Assembly (NCBI RefSeq): GCF_046119375.1
Contig: NW_027362761.1
Span: forward strand, 304,854,001 to 304,918,000
Reading direction: 5' to 3'
From: Phyllobates terribilis
Lineage: Eukaryota
Length of the DNA stretch: 64,000 bases
Position 1 is the first letter of the stretch, and each line of letters begins with the position of its first letter. Under the pieces are notes generated by a model, which worked only from the letters and a program-made list of their open reading frames with translations, was not told where the DNA came from and did no database searches. The position numbers and the translations under genes are program-made. Below are positions 46,527-58,369 of this stretch, one piece after another.

Positions 46527-49186
46527 TTAAACCTATTACACATCACATGGGACTTGCCAACACAATCACACCTCAGTTTTGTCACTCATGTTTCAGTGAC
46601 CTGTCAGTCACAGACAGGAAGTAGGAGAGCCCTAAGGGTGCTTTCACATTGCGCTCATGTTCATGGGTCCCGTCAGGGCTTGCGTCCGAACTTGCTGTGA
46701 ATATTGGAATGTCCAGATACAAAGAGATCTCATGATTCCAAGTGTATTAAGTATCTACCCAGCCTGACAGCAGATTGTATTGAGCATCTGGAGAGACAGA
46801 CCAGATGCATGGAGATTTTGAAACAAAAGTTTACTTAAAAGATTGTAGAGCGATTCTGAAACGGATTTTCACAGAAAGTACACCAACCTTATTAGGTTTA
46901 AGATCTAATAAAGCTGTGCGGCTATGTTATGGATGACTCTGGAATAGTATTGCTTCATTCAGAAGAGGCTCAGCAGCTCATTGGTGGTCCCAGCGATTGG
47001 GTAGTTATCATTTGACTTCCAAACTTTGTAGGACCTCTTTAGAAAGGAGCATTCAGAATGTCAATTTTTTTCAAAAACAAAAACCTGATATTCAGGTTGT
47101 TATAACACATTTAAAGTCTTATCGGGGATTCAATGGGCATCTTGTCGTGCTCTGTTCTCACCTATGTGATCTCATTGCTGAATTTATTCTAAAATTAACT
47201 TTTCATTCAAATGTTTACATGGCTCTCTCCTCTATTATAATGCCTAGAGTTCTGGGAAACTCTAGGGGCTAAGATGCAGTAGATTTACTCCTAAAACAGA
47301 AACACCACAAACAGTACATCTGCTTGCTTTGACACATTACCACCATGCGCAGTGAGCTAAAGAAAGAAGAACCCTGGGGAAACCCTCCTACCAACAAAGC
47401 CTCTAATCAGAAGTGAACACTTGGCAACAAAGCTTTATAGCAGGAGTCTGCAAGGAATTTACATGCAAATACCGGGTGACTTATGCAAGATGGCAGGACA
47501 AATGTGCCTGCTATTTTAGGTAGCGGTGTCAATCAGTACAGCTACCTTAATCTAGAGATCTTCAACCTGGCATCTTAAAGGGAAGCCATAATTAGAAAAT
47601 GACCTAGTGATTAAATTAGGTTTTTGGGTTGCATGTAATAAAAAAAATATATTTTTTTCATATTGCGATCTTTATTAAAAAAAAAAAAAAAAAAAAAAAA
47701 GCTTGTTTTGCAATTTTCACACTGGCTGCTGGTGTTTTTTAGATTCATACTTTGTTCTTTCAGAAAGTTTTCAGCAGGCTCCTTATAAGCAGAGGCAGGA
47801 TTACAATGCAAAGTAACGCCTACACAGCTGATAACACAGGATCCACCAATCACAATAGGCCATGGCACAGCTGACCCTGCTTTCAGTGACCTTTGCACGG
47901 GCTCATTAGATGCTTTAATACAAAAGCTAGGGTCTGGATCTGTCCATTGTGCCAATGTACATGTGTTGTCTCCTGAAACAGGAAGTATCAGTATAAAAAA
48001 GCCCCAGTGGCCAGTGTGAAAATTGCAAGATTTCTAATGTTTATTTTTTTTTTTTTCACACAGATTGTGATATGGGGAAAATTTAAATCCCACAAACCCC
48101 TAATTTAAACTATGGGTCCATTTCTGATGATTGCTTCCCTTTATGATGTCGCTTTAAAGCACCACTTCCGCACACGTTCTTTATTTTACCTGGCAGTTTG
48201 TGGCCTGCCGGATCGCTCCAGTATTTCATGGAGCGATCTGAGGTCACTCTGCAATGCAATTCTATAAGAACCTCGCTCTGGCTTTCAGACTTGCATTGAG
48301 AGATTGTGATGCAATTTCTGACTTCCCACCGCTCAGAAGCTGCAGTCACAAAAAGACGCCACAAAGTTATTCCTTGTGTACACACAGGACAGCTTATGCT
48401 GAAAAGCTACTTGAAAGTATATAGTTACCCATTAAGTGAAAATAAATGCTCATGTACATATGTTTTATAATTAAAGGGGTAGTCCAACTTTTTGGACCAT
48501 TTTTTTCCCCATACTTAAGTCTCAAATTGGGTTTCATTGAAAATGGTGCAGCTTGCCCTCTATAGCCCCTGTATAGGGGTGCAGTCAGGTGCTGTATAAA
48601 TTGGACCGAGATCAGAAAGCAGGGCACAGACTGGCTGGCGGCTTCCCCGACCCTAGCTTAACAGTTGCATAGAAACGCATTAAGCTGTCATGCTCGAGTA
48701 AGGAGAGCCACTGGCCAGTCTGTGCACAGCATTCCGATCTCAGCACAATTTATATGGCTGTCTGACTGCACATTTACACTGTATTGCTGGCTGAAGAATG
48801 AGTTAATGGGGTTGGTACATTATTATATTTTATCAGATGTGTTGGGGACATGATTTTGTGGCTCTTACTATTATGCAGGTATGACAGGTTCTCCTACTGC
48901 TCGTTAGTGCAGCTTTCCTCACAGACTGTCTATAATATGGCTACCGGTGTAAGAACATGTGACCAGACCTGTCCATCACTCTCCTCCAAAAGAAAAGCCG
49001 TTTTCTCGAGAGGTTTTCAATTGGCCAAGTCTGATGGACAGGTCTGGTCCCTGCTCCTCCACCAGCAGCCATTGTGTGGACAGGACAGCTGTGCAGTCTG
49101 TGATAAAGGCATCACTAACAAGAATGGGAGGAGAGGCTGTCATACCTGTAAGTGCCACAGAATCATGTCCCCAACACCTTAAAATA

Positions 49187-49402
49187 AAGCACGGTGGCTC
49201 AGTGGTCAGAACTGTAGCTTTGCAGCACTGGGGTCCTGGGTTCAAATTCCACCAAGGAGTTTGTATGCACTCCCCATGTTTGCATGAGCTTGCTCCGGTT
49301 TCCTCCTACACGCCAAAAACATACCGATAGGGAATCTAGATTGTGAGGTCTGCAAAGCGCTGTGAAATTAATGGCGCTATATAAGCGAGTGAAATAAATA
49401 AT
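49187..49402 (+). mobile_element. tRNA-headed SINE (internally deleted)
   Basis: A box TGGCTCAGTGG, B box GGTTCAAATTCC, tail GGCGCTATATAA..AATAAATAA. Confidence 0.8.
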
Positions 49403-49450
49403 GTGGCCATCCCAGTTACCTCATTCAGCAGCCAGCAATAGTCAGTGTAA

Positions 49451-49655
49451 GGCCACGGTCCCACTATCAGTATTTGGTCAGTATTCAGTCAGTACTTTTT
49501 TCTCAGGAGTGGGAGCCAAAACCAGGCGAGGAACAATCAGAGAAAAGGTATAATAGAAACAAGTCACCAATTCTGTATTTATCACCCACTCCTGGTTTTG
49601 GCTTGCAAATACTGAGGAAAAGTACTGACTGAATACTGATAATAGGACCGTAGCC
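49451..49655. mobile_element. About 200-bp Harbinger-like MITE; copies at 56726-56910, 62355-62493, 62633-62802 and 62925-63119
   Basis: Shared core CAGTATTTGGTCAGT..GCCAAAACCAGGAGTGGGTGATAAATACAGAA; TAA/TTA flanks where the ends are intact. Confidence 0.8.
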
Positions 49656-52309
49656 AAATACAGAGGCTATTCAAGGCAAACTGCGCACATTTTTTTTGTA
49701 ATGCAACCCAATTGCATGCATTTACAAAAAAATGTCCACAACACCCTTTGTTTGGCAAGTTTGCTTGTCAGGCCTCAATCACCCAACAGGTTTTACCAGG
49801 GGAAGCTGCAACAATACTTTTGCCTGGAGCAGAAGGGAAGATGCAGTATTGCATGCTGGCTTCGTACTCTCAGCAAAGTATGAAATACGCCTGTATAATA
49901 TGGACCTGTATTACAGTCTTTGTGCTGCCTCCAAACTTTAGCAATTCATATACTTGTTTTGGTAAATTAAAGGGTAATTGAGCCCTGGTGGAATTTTCAG
50001 CAAGCATTGCGATGTGGGTGAGAATCTAGTCGGCACTTTACCGCAAGTGTGCACATCGCAGAGATGCAGCCACGTGATAACCGCTGGAATCAGCGAAACC
50101 GAATCGTGTGTGCACTACACTTTATTAGGACTCGGCAAGCTGCAATGCTTGTTAAAAATGCCACCAGGCCTGGACAATCCCTTTAATAAACAGGATCAAT
50201 AAAAATAAATAAATGGCTCTTTTCACATATAAATTGTGTCATGCTCATACCAAGACACTTGGCAATATACCATACTCGCCCCATTAACCTTTCAGCAAAT
50301 TCTTAGACAATGAAAGGATTAATGTAAAGCTGGCCATAAACATTACAATAAAGTTAACTAAACCTAGCCAATCACCTAGGAATCATTTGGGGGGGGGTTA
50401 CTGTCAAAACTTAATCATTGCATTTTCTCTGAAGATACAAGTGGTCACCATTGTAAACTTAGGTTTACTGTCCACCAGCTACATGCAATCTGAGCGGTGG
50501 TCGTTCTCTTAGCCCGTTTCGAAAGTCTGACGGCCCTTCCATTCATACAGAAGGATCATCAAAGAGGTTGTCCACTATATCACTGATGACTTATCCTAAG
50601 GATAGGTCATCAATGTCTGACCGGTCAGAAGCCAACACCCCAGCCGATCCCGATGTCGCCGGCTGAAACAGTTCATTTGCAGAGCTGCTCAGGATAGGAT
50701 AGGTCATCAATTATAAAGTAGTGGACAACCTCTTTAAGACAACCGTTCTGTGTGCCTTGGCAGTCATCGTTCTCAGCAGCTCAATGACTCCATTTAAAGG
50801 GAACCTGTCAGATCTGATAACGCCATTAACCTGCAGATATAGTGTTAATCTGCAGGTTAACAGAGTTAAGAAGTTGCCTAGCCGCAGGACTAAAAATGTG
50901 GCACCCTGGAGAAAATTACCTATTTCACCCGAGAGTTGCTGGCTTTCAGTCAAGCAGGCTTGTCCAATGCAGCTACAATCACCACTGTAATAAATCCCAT
51001 CTACATATTGCATATTTGCTTATTTTCATGTGTACAATTGATTTATGAAATAAAGAGTAACTTTTATTTTTTAACAACCAGAGTGAAGACTGCATGATTT
51101 AGAAAAAAAAAAAAAAAAAAACACATACGAGAGGGCAGTGTCACAAAGAAACTTTTTTTTTTTGTTTGTTTGTTTTTTTTAAAGAGGAAACTATTTCATG
51201 CGGTTTATCAAATGGAGTTGCATAGTGTGTGTACATGAGGAGTATAACACCATTTCTGGCCATTATACTTTTTTCCCCCCCACCAGTTGTTCCCTCTGCC
51301 CCATCTCTTAAAGAGGTTGTCCACTCCTGTTTGAGGACCTACGTAGAAGGGTACTACACATCCACCTCCTATTTAAATCAATAGAAGGCGGATGTGTAGT
51401 ACCCTGCGGCGGCCACTATCAGAAGACGGCCAGCTCCGCAAGCGAGCACTTCCGGCCGCAGACACCGATAACAGCTGATCGGCGAGAGTGCCAGGTGTTG
51501 GACCCTGACTGATCAGACATTGATAACCTATCCTAAGGACAGGTCATCAATAAAAAAGTAGTGGACAACTTTTTGGCTTCTGCTGATGTCACGTCGACAG
51601 AAGCGGCTTTTCTTCCGCTCTGATGTGGCGAAGCTGCCTAACTGCAGGAAGCCGGCTGTCAATCAGTAAGATATGGGCAATCACACCCCGTCGAGAGCAA
51701 TCTTGAAGAAACGCAGCTGAATCTGTGGCAGGAGTGGTTGGTGATCGCTTTGAGCTGGCAGAGGTACAACAGGCAGGTAGTTGCCTTTGTAAGCAACTAC
51801 CTGCCTGTTTGTTATTTACTTGGTTCCTAAAAAAGAACAAAGAAAAAAAAAAGAAAACGCTGTAAAACCTCCAAATTGCAAGCTGGTTGGAGGAGACTAG
51901 TTGCTATGTCATCTCCCATACACAGCACAGAACAGATTAATTCCTACCCTTAATTCCTTAGGTAGCACAGACCGGAAGAAGCAGCAGCGCAGAGAACATT
52001 ATACAGCAGCACTGAGCTCTGGTGTGAGGTAGAGACTTGTTAGGAAGCCCAATATGAACTCTCCGTGTTTCTGTAGGTCCCTTACTCCTCCTTCCCTCTA
52101 CATAGGAGGTGTACCCCAACAACTGATTGTGCTGGTAGTTTACCTGGTCTTGAATAAGTCAGATTTATGCTGTTTTTCAGTTTGTATGGTGAACTCAGGA
52201 GGTAGGGGGGGGAGGGTAACAAGTGGCTAAAATGTGGAGAAAAATTGTAATTCACCTCAGCGGAAAAAATACGCCAAGTTTCTTATATTCGCTTGCTTAA
52301 TTGACTTAA

Positions 52310-52736
52310 AAAGGTATTCCCATCTTCAAGATCCTATCCTAATATAGTAGCCTAAAAAGCTCTAGTAAGTTCATGGGAGTATATAACAAAGTCAGCCAAA
52401 CACAGAAAACTCCCATACATGAAAAGTTCCTATCCTAATATGTAGTAGGTGTAATATTAGCAAATGTCTCCAATTAGAAACGTAGTATAGTTCTGATTCG
52501 TTATGTCGCTTACCTCGTGCAGACATTGCAGCAGCTTAGGTATCCATGGTTGCGACCACTCAGAGCTGTCTGTCACTATATGAATGGTTGTAACCATGGC
52601 TACCTAAGGTCCTGCAGTGCTCTACATGGGGTAAGCGACATAACGAATCAGAAGAACTACATTTCTAATTGAAGGTATTTGCTATTATTACACGTACTAC
52701 TTATGGGGATAGGATATTGGAGATGGGAATACCCCT
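52310..52736. mobile_element. TTAA-flanked palindromic MITE
   Basis: TTAA|AAAGGTATTCCCATCT ... AGATGGGAATACCCCT|TTAA. Confidence 0.75.
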
Positions 52737-53619
52737 TTAAGCAATGCTTGTCAATTGTACAGTTTAATCAACAACTCAATTTAAAAAATAGCAAATTTGA
52801 GGGCAGATTTGCTTTAAACTAAACCTGTATACTATAAAAATAAAGCTATTTACCTGTAGACAAAGTGGTAATCTGCAGATTAGCCTACATCCAGACAGTG
52901 TTAGTGCTCAATGCCAGGCAATACGTTCAGGAGGTATGCGCCTGAATGGGGGGGGGGTTCTCTTGGGATGGGTCCCAAAGCATCCGTCCACCATGGGAAC
53001 CCATTGTAAAGAAACGTATACTACATGTTATAGGAAGGGCTACTGCAAAGAAACCTATAAGGGCTGGATGCTTTTCTCGCAACAAATGGCACTGTGGGTT
53101 ATAGATCTAGCGATACAGAATGTAGAACTAGTGGAGAAAGGTTGAACTTGATGGATTTGTGTCTCTTCAACCTATATAACTATAAAAAAGCACAGTCTGC
53201 TGTAATTTCCTACACAATTAAATGGTATGAAGTTGTATAAAGGCCAGGTGGAGGCCAAAAGAACACACTTTTGGACTCCGTTTGGTGAATAATTGCCTAT
53301 GGCAATGTTACTTTATTCATCAGGAAAAGCTCACAACATATACTGTATGCTAGGTGCATAGATGCAGTGTACATTTAGCCCAAATAGTGTTTTAAACCTG
53401 TTCGGCTGGCTTACTGGTAGAGCAACTACAGGGAGAAAATTAAGTTTAAATTCTCCCTGCAGTCACTCATTTTCACTCACCCAGTGCAGAGCAGGCAGCG
53501 CGGTAAGTCAGCGAGGTTATCATCACTGCCGCTGCTGGCAGCCAGCTCTGCACATAAGCTGCAGAACAGGATGTCTGTCAAGGTGCAGTGTAGTGAGCAG
53601 CGGCTGCACAGATAATATA

Positions 53620-54187
53620 CCCTATTTTGCAGACCGTAAGATGCACCCAAAATTTTAGGACATTTTTTTTTACTGTGTCAAATGGAGGTCTGTCTTATAG
53701 TCCAAATTTGGCTTACTTAGAGGGCGACGGTGAAGCAAGGTCACAGGAGGCAGGGTTGACACTGCAGAAAGCCAGCAGTAGCAGGAATGGGCCTGGTAGG
53801 AGGGGGTTGACTACAGGAAAATGGCCGTGGGATGCGGCACTTGCACAGGTTGAGGTCTTGGCTAGTCATTGAGTCGAGATCTCAATCTGCGCATGCCTCC
53901 TCTTTACTGAAGCCCACCACTGGGAGAGCAATGTGTAGAGCAGGGACTCCGCTCCTGCCTGTACCGCTGAAATTTTCATGAAGCCCACTGCCGGGATAGC
54001 CCTGACTCCCAGCCCAGGGCCCGCAGCATTGCCCCACTCCTACCACCACAGGCCTCCTGCACAAGCGACCCCACACCAGCGCTGCCCCCCGACCCACGGT
54101 AAGCTACATTCGAACTATAAGACGCACCCCCATTTCTTCCCAAATTTTGGGGAGGAAAAGTGCGTTTTATAGTAAGCAAAATACGTT
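53620..54187. mobile_element. Tc1/mariner-pogo-type non-autonomous element
   Basis: TA|CCCTATTTTGCAGACCGTAAGATGCAC left end; GTGCGTTTTATAGTAAGCAAAATACG right end. Confidence 0.6.
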
Positions 54188-55648
54188 TACAGGGAGAAAA
54201 TTAAGTTGCAACTCTTCTAGTTAGACAGCTGAACAGGTAAAGGAAATCTATCATCCGATTTTTGCCACCTAATCTGAGAGCAGCATAATGTAGAGAAAGT
54301 CTCTGATTCCAGTGATGTGTCACTTTCTGGGCTGCTTAGTGTTTTGATAAAATCACTTGGCAGTAAGTTTACCAGTTCTATAGTCATAATCTGTTGCCAT
54401 GTAGTCCTCCATATTCATGAGCTCTGTATACACCCATCCCTACCACTGATTGGCAACTTTCTGCCTATGCAGTGTGTACGCAAAGATGTCAGTGGTGAGG
54501 ACGGGGTTTTAAAGAGCTCAGTGTACAGAGAACTGGCAGATCTACAGTAAAGAAAACAGATTTTATACAATGATTGCAAGCAGCCCAGTAAGTGATACAA
54601 CTGAAATCATGGTCTGTCTCTACATCATGCTGCTTTAGGATGAAGTGGTAAAAACCTAGTGGCAGACTCCCTTTAAAATGCTATTTACCTGCAGATTATC
54701 ATTATCTCTGCAAGTTTTTTTTTTTTATTATTATTTTAGCCGAAAGGTTATCTTTAATAAGACTAAACACAAAGCAGAAAAAATAAAAATGTTCAATCCC
54801 CTCCTTTAATCTCACTTTTCTTTTCATTTAACATCTACTTCATATTTAATTATAGTGAAATCCTCTCAGTGTACCCAAAGATCAGCCATGTCCCCCTCCT
54901 CCCTGTGTGTCTGCAGCAGAAGTCTCCCTGCTGTGCCATGTCTACAGCCATTAGCTAGGAGGGTAGATCTTCAGTGGGCCACCAGCAAGTAATGGACACA
55001 ATCAGCAGATACTCTATTTGTTTTCTGCAGGATTTCTACTAGACTGACTGCAGACAACTATATTTGTCTAATTTGAACATCCATTTTCAGGTTAGGTGTT
55101 TCTTTAATACACCGCTCTTTTTAAGGGCATCATATTACAGGAAAAAGGGTTGTGTCTTTTGTAGCAAAGACGACGCAAAACAGTTTTTGGCCAATAGGAC
55201 CCTGAAATAGCGCACTATAGCCTTACAATCACCTCACTGCGGAGCACTCCTCAATAAACACACCAGACCTATGACAGTGTGCTGTTTCAGTGCTCCTAGT
55301 GGCCAAACTATTAATTTTTTTGCGTTATTTTGACTATGGGGGGGGAGTATGGATCTGTCAACGTTATATGCTATCCACAAGCTTACTAAGAAATTAAACC
55401 TGTACTCATCTTATAAATCTGCCACAGCTCCGAAGGCCCTGGTGGGTCTAATTTTACACATGCTGCAATTACTAAGTCTTTGTCTACACAAGACCACTGC
55501 AGCCAATAAATTCGGGCCAGTGACTGCACGTGGATAGACCAGTAGATTAGCACTGCGATAAGGCAAACTAATCAGAATGAAGCACTGGAGCTACAGACAA
55601 TTTCCGTGGATTAGAGGTTGTATTATGTTACGCCATCATATCCATTAT

Positions 55649-55919
55649 AATAATAATAATCTTTATTTTTATATAGCGCTAACATATTCCGCAGCGCTTT
55701 ACATACATTATCGTCGCTGTCCCCATCGGGGCTCTCAATCTAGATTCCCTATCAGTAGGTCTTTGGAGTGTGGGAGGAAACCGGAGAACCTGGAGGAAAC
55801 CCACGTAAACACGGGGAGAATATACAAACTCTTTGCAGATGTTGTCCTTGGTGGGATTTGAACCCAGGACCCCAGCGCTGCAAGGCTGCAGTGCTAACCA
55901 CTGAGCCACCATGCCGCCC
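55649..55919 (-). mobile_element. Full-length tRNA-headed SINE with an L2-type tail, in srsf9 intron 2
   Basis: Head GGCATGGTGGCTCAGTGGTTAGCAC..GGTTCAAATCCC; tail GCTGCGGAATATGTTAGCGCTATATAAAAATAAAGATTATTATT. A partial relative lies at 9100-9240. Confidence 0.88.
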
Positions 55920-56481
55920 ATTCAATGTTTTTCCAATTGCAATAAAAAAATAAAAAATACTTCAAATAGCAACGCAATGTAGGGAGCCTGCGGAAAAGCA
56001 AGGTCAAGACTTTACAGCACGCTGCGCACAAGTGGGCAGAGCCAGAATTTAATGCCAAATGCTGCTGGATTGAGGGGCTTATGTGCTAATCAGATTGGTG
56101 GCCTAGAAAACTATTCATGAAATGCTGAAAAATTAAAAAAAAAAAAAAAAAACGTTTGAAGAAAGGAAGGGGGAAGAGGGGACCCTGCCTCAATATACAT
56201 CCATACATATACATAAATGCACCCCATTCTAAACACATCATATATATTGTAAATAGACCCCTCTTCTCATGACACAATCATACACTTGTACAATCTTATT
56301 GCCATTAGCTCGGGGGTCTTCATAGTGGGTGGTCGCCTCATCTGGCCCAGTGACCACACCATGGCTCCCACCAGACCAGCACATGAGCACTGGTCAGACA
56401 TATTGGCGCCTCCCTCTCCCTCTTGGGCTGGTGAGGGGCAGCAGAAGACACCACGTGATAGGGAGATTTCCAGCGCCTTAC

Positions 56482-56648
56482 CTGAGACGAGGACTCTGTA
56501 TTCAGATCGTCGGGACGGGGGCCCGTTCCTCCCGCGGGGTCCTCCATATCCTCCCCCTGATCCCCGGTTTGACCTGGGAAACTCCACACGTAACCGACAT
56601 GACCCGAATTCATATCCGTTGCGTCCAAACACTGCGTCCTCCGCATCC
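56482..56648 (-). CDS. srsf9: srsf9 exon 2
   Basis: Acceptor TTCTCTCAG|G; [25 protein letters not shown]...[14 protein letters not shown]; donor CAG|GTAAGG, phase 1. Confidence 0.97.
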
Positions 56649-57021
56649 CTGAGAGAAGAACAGAACAATGAGGCCAGGTTTTCCACGCACCATCCACGAG
56701 CGGCACACACGGCGCTGGCCCCGAAGGCCTCGTTCACACATTCAGTATTTTACATCAGTATTTATAAGCCAAAACCAGGAGTGGAACAATCAGAGGAAAA
56801 GTATAATAGAAACACGTCACCACTTCTGTATTTATCACCCACTCCTGGTTTTGGATTACAAATACTGAGGTAAAATACTGACCGAATACTGAACATGGAA
56901 GCACGTGGCCTAACAAAGCCGCAGTCGGGCCTAGGACCCGGAAGCCTCCGCCCCCTCCCGAGACACGCGGTAAACGCCTGCAAGACGGAGACACGCCGCA
57001 AAGTATGGGGGCGCCACTCAC

Positions 57022-57218
57022 CGCGGATCCTGGAAGCTGATGAACGCGAACGGTGCGGCACCGCTCCCCCCGCGATTCTTCAGCTCGACGGTGCGGATCC
57101 GCCCGTACCGGTGAAAGAGCTCCTCCAGCTCCTTCTCCCGCACATCGGCAGGTAAGTTTCCCACATAGATGCGCCCATCCCCAGAGCCCCGTGCGCTCTC
57201 CCGCTCCCAGCTAGACAT
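57022..57218 (-). CDS. srsf9: srsf9 exon 1 (RRM1)
   Basis: [41 protein letters not shown]...[10 protein letters not shown]; donor CG|GTGAGT. Joined CDS is 675 nt = 224 aa. Confidence 0.97.
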
Positions 57219-57445
57219 CCTGTCGCTTCCTGTGACCGGCCGCGCGGAGCACGGCGGGAGAGCACCGGAAGTATCTAGAAGCGGAAGTGTCCGCGAGGTC
57301 GCGCCTTAAAGGGAACGTCATAGCGGGAGCGCGCAGTGCAGAAATGGTCGCGACGGAAGCTGTAGTGTGCCCGATGCAGTACCTTAGGCCTCCTTTACCC
57401 GAGCTTTACTAAAGCTTACAGCCATGGAGCAAAATGGCGGAGTGA
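57219..57445. promoter_or_regulatory. srsf9 CpG-rich promoter
   Basis: Tandem ETS motifs CCGGAAGT 57265 and GCGGAAGT 57281; YY1-like AAAATGGCGG 57431-57440. Confidence 0.65.
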
Positions 57446-57774
57446 TGGCTGGAGTCTACTCCATGTAATGTAAATCATGTGACATCTGCCTGTGTGCCCT
57501 CTATATTAGTGCCATGTACAGGCTAGGCGGCCTTGGAGGGCGAACAGTGCCGCCCTGATACTGATGGAGAAGAGCCGCTCACATCTGCTCCGGAAGCTCG
57601 GCCCTTTTAGGACCACAGACCTGGCCTTCAGCTCCAGCAGCAGAGGCCCACACGTGTATTTACCGCGTCACTGACCACGACCGCGTCTATAATCTGTCAC
57701 AAGCCGCCCGCCATGTGCACGGGGGCCGAGCCCAGCTCTGCCAGGGAAGGACTACTCCCAGAGTTGTCTGTGTC

Positions 57775-57980
57775 CTGCCTTCTCATCCATGTCTTCTCAT
57801 CTATACTCATCCATGTCTTATACATGCCTTCTCATCCATGCGGTCTCATACATGCCTTCTTATCCATGTTGTCTCATACATGTCTTATACATGCCTTCTC
57901 ATCCATGTCTTCTCATCTATACTCATACATGTCTCATACACCCCTTCTCATCCACATCGTCTTCTCATCCATGCTGTCTT
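57775..57980. repeat. Degenerate pyrimidine-rich tandem repeat (TTCTCATCCATGTC.. / ATACATGCC units)
   Basis: CTCATCCATG and ATACATG recur at irregular 15-25 nt spacing. Confidence 0.7.
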
Positions 57981-58369
57981 ATATGTGCCATCATCAACCC
58001 TCAGACCCTTATCCCCTCTAATCACAATGCAGATTTCATTCTTCACAAGCAGGAAAATAAATGCTGAGCTCTGGTTGCTATGGGTCATTTTTCTCTTACC
58101 AGTTTTTGTAAATGAGGCCAAATGAAACTAAGGTTCTATTTAAAATTTAATATTTGACATAGAATGCTAAAAAGTTGCTAACCTACTTCAAGAATTTTTC
58201 TTTCAAAAGTGACAAAAACAACATTTTTCCATGATGTGTGTTAGAATTGAGCTAAAAGTCAGTAATACGTGGCTGCTAGATCCCAGCACTGCATCATTAC
58301 ATTGCAGCACAACACATGTATGACATTGTAGCAGCCCACTAACCAGAAGTGCCAGTGATGTTGCAGGTA

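Noticed and set aside
46790-47272. Nearly open 160-codon plus-strand frame inside srsf9 intron 2
   Set aside because: It has an internal stop, no ATG start and no motif I can recognise. It is probably a decayed repeat; a tBLASTx search would settle it.
55840-55919. tRNA gene (also 49187-49260)
   Set aside because: A and B boxes are present, but they continue into a SINE body and LINE-type tail, and no complete cloverleaf is evident.
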